NCBI GenBank assembly: GCA_965235115.1
Contig: OZ249436.1
Location: 28,770,001 to 28,834,000 of the forward strand
Length of the DNA stretch: 64,000 bases
Direction of reading: 5' to 3'
DNA from: Laetmonice hystrix
Taxonomy: Eukaryota
The notes beneath the pieces were generated by a model. That model made no database searches, was not told the DNA's origin, and worked only from the letters and a program-made list of their open reading frames with translations. This document shows positions 1-9,049 of the stretch, in pieces. The first letter of the stretch is position 1; each line of letters starts with the position of its first letter. A program made the position numbers and the translations under genes.

Positions 1-2377
1 GAGGGTGTTGGCTGAGTAGTTCAGGGTAATGTCTGAGGGACAGTCAGCCATATCATGGGGATTGGGAAGGGGGAGGGTGTTGGCTGAGGGGTTCGGGGTA
101 ATGTCTAAGGGCAGTCAGCCATATCATGGGGATTGGGAAGAGGGAGGGTGTTGGCTGAGTGGTTTGGGGTAATGTCTAAGGGCCAGTCAGCCATATCATG
201 GGGATTGGGTAGAGGGAGGGTGTTGGCTGAGTGGTTCGGGGTAATGTCTAAGGGCCAGTCAGCCATATCATTTGGATTGGAAAGAGGGAGGGTGTTGGCT
301 GAGTGGTTCGGGGTACTGTCTAAGGGCCAGTCAGCCATATCATGGGGATTGGAAAGAGGGAGGGTGTTGGCTGAGTGGTTCAGGGTAATGTCTGAGGGAC
401 AGTCAGCCATATCATGGGGATTGGGAAGAGGGAAGGGCCAGTCAGCCATATCATGGGGATTGGGAAGAGGGAGGGTGTTGGCTGAGTGGTTCGAGGTAAT
501 GTCTAAGGGCCAGTCAGCCATATCATGGGGATTGGGTAGAGGGAGGGTGTTGGCTGAGTGGTTCGGGGTAATGTCTAAGGGCCAGTCAGCCATATCATTT
601 GGATTGGAAAGAGGGAGGGTGTTGGCTGAGTGGTTCGGGGTACTGTCTAAGGGCCAGTCAGCCATATCATGGGGATTGGAAAGAGGGAGGGTGTTGGCTG
701 AGTGGTTCAGGGTAATGTCTGAGGGACAGTCAGCCATATCATGGGGATTGGGAAGAGGGAGGGTGTTGGCTGAGTGGTTCGGGGTAATGTCTGAGGGCCA
801 GTCAGCCATATCATGGGGATTGGGAAGAGGGAGGGTGTTGGCTGAGTGGTTCGGGTAAAGTCTGAGGGCCAGTCAGCTATATCATGGGGATTGGGAAGAG
901 GGAGGGTGTTGGCTGAGTGGTTCGGGGCAATGCTGAGGGCCAGTCAGCCATATCATGGGGATAGGGAAGAGGGAGGGTGTTGGCTGAGTTGTTCGGGGTA
1001 ATGTCTAAGGGACAGTCAGCCATATCATGGGGATTGGGTAGAGGGAGGGTGTTGGCTGAGTGGTTCGGGGTAATGTCTAAGGGCCAGTCAGCCATATCAT
1101 GGGGATTGGAAAGAGGGAGGGTGTTGGCTGAGTGGTTCAGGGTAATGTCTGAGGGACAGTCAGCCATATCATGGGGATTGGGAAGAGGGAGGGTGTTGGC
1201 TGAGTGGTTCGAGGTAATGTCTGAGGGACAGTCAGCCATATCATGGGGATTGGGAAGAGGGAAGGGCCAGTCAGCCATATCATGGGGATTGGGAAGAGGG
1301 AGGGTGTTGGCTGAGTGGTTCGAGGTAATGGGTAAGGGCCAGTCAGCCATATCATGGGGATTGGGAAGAGGGAGGCTGTTGACTGAGTGGTTCGGGGTAA
1401 TGTCTAAGGGCCAGTCAGCCATATCATGGGGATTGGGAAGAGGGGGGGGTTGGCTGAGTGGTTCAGGGTAATGTCTAAGGGCCAGTCAGCCATATCATGG
1501 GAATTGGGAAGAGGGAGGGTGTTGGCTGAGTGGTTCGGGGCATTGTCTAAGGGCCAGTCAGCCATATCATGGGGATAGGGAAGAGGGAGGGTGTTGGCTG
1601 AGTGGTTCGGGGTAATGTCTGAGGGCGAGTCAGCCATATCATGGGGATTGGGAAGAGGGAGGGTGTTGGCTGAGTGGTTCGGGGTAATGTCTGAGGGACA
1701 GTAAGCCATATCATGGGGATTGGGAAGGGGGAAGGGTATTGGCTAAGTGGTTCGGGGTAATGTCTAAGGGCCAGTCAGCCATATCATGGGGATTGGGAAG
1801 AGGGAGGGTGTTGGCTAAGTGGTTTGGGGTAATGTCTAAGGGCCAGTCAGCCATATCATGGGGATTGGGAAGAGGGAGGGTGTTGGCTGAGTGGTTCGGG
1901 GTAATGTCTAAGGGCCAGTCAGCCATATCATTTGGATTGGGAAGAGGGAGGGTGTTGGCTGAGTGGTTCGGGGTAATGTCTGAGGGACAGTCAGCCATAT
2001 CATGGGGATTGGGAAGAGGGAGGGTGTTGGCTGAGTGGTTCGGGGTAATGTCTTGAGGGCCAGTCAGCCATATAATGGGGATTGGGAAGAGGGAGGGTGT
2101 TGGCTGAGTGGTTCGGGGTAATGTCTAAGGGCCAGTCAGCCATATCATGGGGATTGGGAAGAGGGAGGGTGTTGGCTGAGTGGTTCGGGGCAATGTCTCA
2201 GGGCCAGTCAGCATATCATGGGGATTGGGAAGAGGGAGGGTGTTGGCTGAGTGGTTCAGGGTAATGACTGAGCGCCAGTCAGCCATATCATTGGGATTGG
2301 AAAGAGGGGGGAAGCTGTTGGCTGAGTGGTTAGGGATATCGTCACATGGCCAATTAGCCATATTATAGGGGTTGGAA

Positions 2378-2980
2378 ATTCGAGTCATCTTATCATCATT
2401 TATGATCATTGTCATTCCCCATGGGGCCTGGGGAATAATAGGCCCCATTCGTTTCATCACCCTGTGGGAGGGAGTGTGGGGAAGGTGTTGGTTGTGTGGA
2501 TAGATGTAATGTCTGATGGCCAGACAGCCACAGCATGTGGATTGGGAAGGGGATGAGATGTCGGCTAACTTTTTGGAGGGAATGTCTGAAGACCAATTAG
2601 TCATGTCAGGGATTGGGAAGGGGGATATAGGATTGGTTGGAGGTGGTAGTATAGAAGAAAAACGAAAAATAGCCCAAAAAATCAAAAGAGAAAAAAATGA
2701 AACAAAAGTTTGTGGGTAATGGATGTCGCAGTACTGAAATATGTCTGCTGGGTGTTTATATCAAGGTTAATTTGATTTCGCTGTACTGGAGCGTCACTCT
2801 GGGTGGTTGGAGGTGGTAGTATAGAAGAAAAGGGGAAAAATACCAAAAAATCACAAAAGAAAACAATGAAAAAAAGTTTGTGGGTGTTGACACTTCAGAT
2901 GAAATATCTGCACTGTGTTACGACGCCACCCCAGCAGACATGTAATTCTTGTCTTGTTGTAACTGAATGATGATGAATTT
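2378..2980. repeat. ~600-bp spacer cassette (first of 24 full copies) that delimits each higher-order repeat
   Basis: The same block (TTCGAGTCATCTTATCATC...GTAACTGAATGA...GAATTTGG) recurs. A fixed internal landmark lies at 2516, 4044, 5520, 10275, 12434, 14884, 16627, 18962, 21411, 22866, 24609, 26986, 28729, 30850, 32971, 35306, 37049, 39385, 41720, 43463, 45206, 48590, 50333 and 55662. The cassette contains two diverged monomers and an internal ~80-bp direct duplication (GGTTGGAGGTGGTAGTATAGAAGAAAA... at 2635 and 2805). Confidence 0.96.
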
Positions 2981-5900
2981 GGTTGAGTGGTTAGAGGTAA
3001 TGTCTTAGGGCCAGACAGCCGTATCATGGGGATTAGGAAGAGGGAAGGTGTTGGCTGAGACGTTCGGGATAATGTCGTAAGGCCAGTCGGCCATATCATG
3101 GGGATTGGGAAGAGGGAGGGTGTTGGCTGAGTGGTTCGAGGTAATGCCTAAGGGCCAGTCAGCCATAACATGGGAATTGGGAAGGGGGAGGGTGTTGGCT
3201 GAGTGGTTCGGGGTAATGTCTGAGGGCCAGTCAGCCATATCATGGGGATTGGGAAGAGGGAGGCTGTTGGCTGAGTGGTTTGGGGTAATGTCTAAGGGCC
3301 AGTCAGCCATATCATGGGGATTGGGAAGGGGGAGGGTGTTGGCTGAGTGGTTCGGGGTAATGTCTGAGGGCCAGTCAGCCATATCATGGGGATTGGGAAG
3401 AGGGAGGGTGTTGGTTGAGTGGTTCGGGGTAATGTCTGAGGGCCAGTCAGTCATATCATAGGGATTGGGAAGAGGGATGGTGTTCGCTGAGTGGTTCGGG
3501 GTAAAGTCTGAGGGCCAGTCAGCCATATCATGGGGATTGGGAAGAGGGAGGGATTTGGCTGAGTGGTTCGGGGTAATGTCTGAGGGCCAGTCAGCCATAT
3601 CATGGGGATTGGGTAGAGGGAGGGTGTTGGCTGAGTGGTTCGGGGTAATGTCTGAGGGCCAGTCAGCCATATCATGGGGATTGGGAAGAGGGAGGGTGTT
3701 GGCTGAGTGGTTCAGGGTAATGACTAAGCGCCAGTCAGCCATATCATGGGGATGGGGAAAAGGGAGGGTGTTGGCTGAGTGGTTCGGGGTAACATCTGAG
3801 GGCCAGTCAACCATATCATTGGGATTGGAAAGAGGGGGGAAGCTGTTGGCTGAGTGGTTAGGGATATCGTCACATGGCCAGTTAGCCATATTATAGGGGT
3901 TGGGAATTCGAGTCATCTTATCATCATTTATGATCATTGTCATTCCCCATGGGGCCCGGGGAACAATAGGCCCCATTCGTTTCATCACCCTGTGGGAGGG
4001 AGTGTGGGGAAGGTGTTGGTTGTGTGGTTAGATGTAATGTCTGATGGCCAGACAGCCACAGCATGTGGATTGGGAAAGGGATGAGATGTCGGCTAACTTT
4101 TTGGAGGGAATGTCTGAAGACCAATTAGTCATGTCAGGGATTGGGAAGGGGGATATAGGATTGGTTGGAGGTGGTAGTATAGAAGAAAAACGAAAAATAG
4201 CCCAAAAAATAAAAAGAGAAAAAAAATGAAACAAAAGTTTGTGGGTAATGGATGTCGCAGTACTGAGATATGTCTGCTGGGTGTTTATATCAAGGTTAAT
4301 TTGATTTCGCTGTACTGGAGCGTCACTCTGGGTGGTTGGAGGTGGTAGTATAGGAGAAAAGGGGAAAAATACCCAAAAAATCACAAAAGAAAACAATGAA
4401 AAAAAGTTTGTGGGTGTTGACACTTCAGATGAAATATCTGCACTGTGTTACGACGCCACCCCAGCAGACATGTAATTCTTGTCTTGTTGTAACTGAATGA
4501 CTATAGTAAAAATCAACAATGATGAATTTGGTTGAGTGGTTAGAGGTAATGTCTTAGGGCCAGACAGCCGTATCATGGGGATTAGGAAGAGGGAAGGTGT
4601 TGGCTGAGACGTTCGGGATAATGTCTTAAGGCCAGTCGGCCATATCATGGGGATTGTGAAGGGATGAAGTTGTTGGCTGAGTGGTTCGGTGTAATGTCTG
4701 AGGGCCAGTCAGCCATATCATGGGGATTGGGAAGAGGGAGGGTGTTGGCTGAGTGGTTCGGGGTAATGTCTGAGGGACAGTCAGCCATATCATGGGGATT
4801 GGGAAGGGGGAGGGTGTTGGCTGAGTGGTTCGGGGTAATGTCTAAGGGCCAGTCAGCCATATCATGGGGATTGGGTAGAGGGAGGGTGTTGGCTGAGTGG
4901 TTCGGGGTACTGTCTAAGGGCCAGTCAGCCATATCATGGGGATTGGAAAGAGGGAGGGTGTTGGCTGAGTGGTTCAGGGTAATGTCTGAGGGACAGTCAG
5001 CCATATCATGGGGATTGGGAAGAGGGAGGGTGTTGGCTGAGTGGTTCGGGGTAATGTCTGAGGGCCAGTCAGCCATATCATGGGGATTGGGAAGAGGGAG
5101 GGTGTTGGCTGAGTGGTTCGGGTAAAGTCTGAGGGCCAGTCAGCTATATCATGGGGATTGGGAAGAGGGAGGGTGTTGGCTGAGTGGTTCGGGGCAATGC
5201 TGAGGGCCAGTCAGCCATATCATGGAGATAGGGAAGAGGGAGGGTGTTGGCTGAGTGGTTCGGGGTAATGTCTAAGGGCCAGTCAGCCATATCATTGGGA
5301 TTGGAAAGAGGGGGGAAGGTGTTGGCTGAGTGGTTAGGGATATCGTCACATGGCCAGTTAGCCATATTATAGGGGTTGGGAATTCGAGTCATCTTATCAT
5401 CATTTATGATCATTGTCATTCCCCGTGGGGCCCGGGGAACAATAGGCCCCATTCGTTTCATCACCCTGTGGGAGTGAGTGTGGGGAAGGTGTTGGTTGTG
5501 TGGTTAGATGTAATGTCTGATGGCCAGACAGCCACAGCATGTGGATTGGGAAGGGGATGAGATGTCGGCTAAGTGTTTGGAGGGAATGTCTGAAGACCAA
5601 TCAGTCATGTCAGGGATTGGGAAGGGGGATATAGGATTGGTTGGAGGTGGTAGTATAGAAGAAAAACGAAAAATAGCCCAAAAAATCAAAAGAGAAAAAA
5701 ATGAAACAAAAGTTTGTGGGTAATGGATGTCGCAGTACTGAGGTATGTCTGCTGGGTGTTTATATCAAGGTTAATTTGATTTCGCTGTACTGGAGCGTCA
5801 CTCTGGGTGGTTGGAGGTGGTAGTATAGAAGAAAAGGGGAAAAATACCAAAAAATACCAAAAGAAAACAATGAAAAAAAGTTTGTGGGTGTTGACCCTTC

Positions 5901-6423
5901 AGATGAAATATCTGCACTGTGTTACGACGCCACCCCTGCACACATGTAATTCTTGTCTTGTTGTAACTGAATAACTATAGTAACTAGACATGCAGATTGC
6001 AGGCAATCAGGTATCCCGTTCCTCTATGGATGTATCTAGAAAGGTTCTGTATAGCATGAAAGCAAGTGAGTCATACCAATAATGAGCATAGGGTTACAAG
6101 AGAAAGACTGTGGGGAAGGTATATTCCAAATCTGGAGAAGATTCTCCAAAAAATGAGGGAGTAGATGCATTTTGACCAGTAATGAGCATAGGGTACCGAC
6201 AGACCACTTAGACACCTGTGTACACAAAAATTTCTTCCAAATAAAAAATATAAAAATGAATACCAAAAAAAAGGGTTGACATAGGTGGGATTTTTAGGCA
6301 ATACCCTTGTCATAAAATTACCACACATCTGTTCACACACATATTTTGTAGAGTGTTTCTGTAAATTCATGACCACAGTAATTAAGAACTAAGTAGAAAA
6401 TATTCAAAAAAAATAAAAATCAT

Positions 6424-6494
6424 GCCATGGGTAGGATTCGAATCCATGACCCTTGGCAAGAAAGTCCTACACTCTACCACAGCACCATCCGTAC
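6424..6494 (-). pseudogene. tRNA-derived (SINE-head-like) sequence, degenerate copy 1
   Basis: Minus strand reads GTACGGATGGTGCTGTGGTAGAGTGTAGGACTTTCTTGCCAAGGGTCATGGATTCGAATCCTACC. It has degenerate A and B boxes at tRNA spacing, but the cloverleaf stems do not pair. Confidence 0.6.
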
Positions 6495-6683
6495 ACGCAC
6501 ACAATTAGTAGAGTCCTGCAATAAATGAATGACCATTGCCATTGGCATAGAAGTAAACAACGATGAATTACATCATACCGGGGAGACGCCATACCAGGCT
6601 AAAAAAGGTCCCCTATTGTAAGAGAGCTATTTACCAAGATTACCGGAGGTAGAACATATATAAAAAAATTGAAAAAATCTTTT

Positions 6684-6754
6684 GTCACAGGTGGGATTCG
6701 AACCCGAGACCTCTGGCATGAAGATCATAGACTCTACCACTAAGCCATCCGGGC
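6684..6754 (-). pseudogene. tRNA-derived (SINE-head-like) sequence, copy 2, with intact Pol III A and B boxes
   Basis: Minus strand reads GCCCGGATGGCTTAGTGGTAGAG...GGGTTCGAATCCCACC, with A box TGGCTTAGTGG and B box GGTTCGAATCC followed by T-runs. Acceptor and anticodon stems are broken, so it is not a functional tRNA. Confidence 0.72.
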
Positions 6755-7385
6755 ACACACTCAATTTGTTGAGTGTTGCTGTAAATGAATCACCATAGTG
6801 GTAGAGAACTGTGTGTTACGTCATACCATCGTTACGTCATAGCAGGCTTATAAAGGACGCCTAGTGGAAGAGAATTATGCCATTATCATTAGATATCAAC
6901 GAAATTCCACGAACTTCCTCATTACATGCAAAATAGACAAAATTCAAAGTCACGTGACTCAGCGATATGACGTCATATTTTAAAAAAAACTGCCATCAAT
7001 CGATCCGCCCCACTATGACGAAGCTATAAATCAAATTTGGAGAAGATTCTGTAAAAAATGAAGGAGTAGATAGATTTTGACTGTTTTCTATGGCTTGACC
7101 TGTATGTCAGAAAGGTCAAAGGTCAAAGGTCAAATGTATGTGGTAAATGATAAAGGTACAAGTCCTAAGTGAGATGACATGAATAACTTTTGTCTATCTC
7201 TGACTGGAAGTGTACCACGTGATCTCAAAGTTGCCGCACATAATACGTCATAACATGACGTCATGACGTCATATGACATATTCCATCATATGTTGAGGTC
7301 TCCATGTCATGATGTATCTAGCCTGAAAGTTTCATCCAGATATCTTGAAAACTGAGGGAGATATTGACCCGACCTTAACTACAAC

Positions 7386-7402
7386 AATAATAATAATAAT
7401 AA
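7386..7402. repeat. (AAT)n microsatellite
   Basis: AATAATAATAATAATAA; further runs at 9007-9025 and 9050-9062. Confidence 0.9.
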
Positions 7403-9049
7403 CTAGTCATGTCGTGGCGACACCACGATGGATCCCATCCCCGGGGTGACATGTCCTTTCTGTAATTGAGTTTGAGTAGAGTTACGTTCAAGGCAGACAC
7501 TTCCCGACACATCTGTGATAGGCAGTGGTGTTTGGGAAGTTTCAGGTAACGTGTCAAGTTATGACCCTGAGAGAATATTTATGACATCCTTATGACGTCA
7601 TAGTAACTATGGCTGCATCTTCAACCATTTACAAGTTATAGCCCAGGGAATATATAGGTGACCTCCTTATGACGTCATAGGTCACGTGACGTACAAAACA
7701 ATGGTGCCAAATGAAAGACCATATATGACTTCCTATTCGTGTTCAATAGTAGCTATGCCCCTATCTGGCACCGTTTACAAGTTATAGCCCTGGGAACATA
7801 TTGGCGACCTTGCTATGACGTCATAGGTCTCGTGACTTGAAAATTATTGGTGCCTTATCAAAGGGCATGTATATATGACTTCATATTAGGGTTTACTAGT
7901 AACTATGGCCCAATCTTCAACCATTTACAAGTTATAGCCCTGAGAAAATGCCAGTGACATTCTCATGACGTCATAGATCACGTGACCTGGAAAATGAAGG
8001 TGCATAATGAAAGAGCATACATGACTTCCTATTCGTGTGTAATAGTAACTATGGCTGTATCTTCAACGATTTACAAGTTATAGCCCTGGGAAAATATTGG
8101 TGACGTCGTTATGACGTCATAGGTCATGTGACCCACAAAATAGTGGTGCCAAATGAAAGACCATATATAACTTCCTATTCGTGTTCAATAGTAACTATTG
8201 TCCTATCTGGCACTGTTTACAAGATATAGGCTTGAGAACATATTGGCGACCTTGCTCTGACGTCATAGGTCACGTGACCTGGAAAATGAAGGTGTATAAT
8301 GAAAGGGTACATATGACTTCCTATTAGTGTTTAATAGTAACTATGGCTCTATCTTCAACCCTTTACAAGTTATGGCCCTGGGAAATATAGGTGACGTCGT
8401 TATGACGTCATAGGTCACGTGACCTACAAAATAATGGTGTCAAATGAAAGACCATATATGACTTCCTATTCATGTTCAATAGTAACTATGGCCCTATCTG
8501 GCACCGTTTCCAAGTTATACCCATAAACATCTAAACTGGCCGCTGTTGAAAACTTTAAGGTCACGTGGTTCAGTAAATATAGGTCAAATCGCTAATCCCT
8601 CTTTGTATGTTTTGAACCTTTCGATGTAGAGTGGTAATACCAGATATTGTCAAATTTTACCAAGAAATGGGGATGGGGTAGCGACTCAACCCGATTCTGA
8701 CCCAGGAGCCAGTTCTCCCTAAGGTCAAAGGTCAAATGAAGGGTCGACTTGAGACAGGATCCTTGCCTGACTGAAACGCCATGAGGGGTTTTGAAAATAT
8801 CAAATATGTTCTTTAAAAAAATGGCCCCAATGTGCAAGACACGTTTGACGTCATGACGTCATGACGTGACTTGTCGTGACGTCATGTTTGATTGTGTGAC
8901 CTGACTTTGTCATGGTCAAGATCTGAGCGAAGTTTGATTGAGATATCTTGAAAAATGACTGAGATAGACGAAATGTCTTAACTACTACTACAACTACAAC
9001 GCAAAGAATAATAATAATAATAATAGGAAGACGAAACCAGACAATTTCA
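7401..9049 (-). mobile_element. Second, related Helentron-like element nested in the microsatellite of the first
   Basis: It has its own AACTAG end, a hairpin TCGTGG-N5-CCACGA (7412-7428) and a GGATCCC motif. Region 8930-9025 parallels 7328-7402. AAACC(AG/GT)ACAATTTCA occurs twice (9034, 9073). The terminal palindrome is missing. Confidence 0.6.
7590..8560. repeat. ~146-bp diverged tandem repeat (about 6.5 copies) inside the Helentron-like element
   Basis: Landmark (A/C)TGACGTCATAG at 7669, 7815, 7965, 8111, 8257 and 8402 (spacing 145-150 bp). Two subtypes occur in the order A-B-B-A-B-A. Confidence 0.92.

Noticed and set aside
2328..2336. Telomeric TTAGGG seeds (GGTTAGGG) in spacer-flanking monomers
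   Set aside because: These are single isolated hexamers arising from a monomer variant, with no tandem telomeric tract.
2415..2470. Hammerhead or HDV-like ribozyme in the spacer (GTGATGAAAC near GC-rich stems)
   Set aside because: There is no CTGANGA...GAAA core with an intervening stem, and no P3/L3/P4 elements of the HDV fold. Only a simple pseudoknot is supportable.
2326..2719. Short spacer ORFs (MVRDIVTW..., MARQPQHV..., MVFRHSLQ...) repeated in each HOR
   Set aside because: They overlap in several frames, resemble no family I recognise, and recur only because the DNA is duplicated.
6424..6754. Functional tRNA genes
   Set aside because: Acceptor and anticodon stems do not pair; kept only as tRNA-derived relics.
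8748..8761. CTTGAGACAGGATC shared with the inverted-repeat arm of the small element near 59012-59025
   Set aside because: Only ~14 bp with no extended similarity, so it cannot be distinguished from chance.
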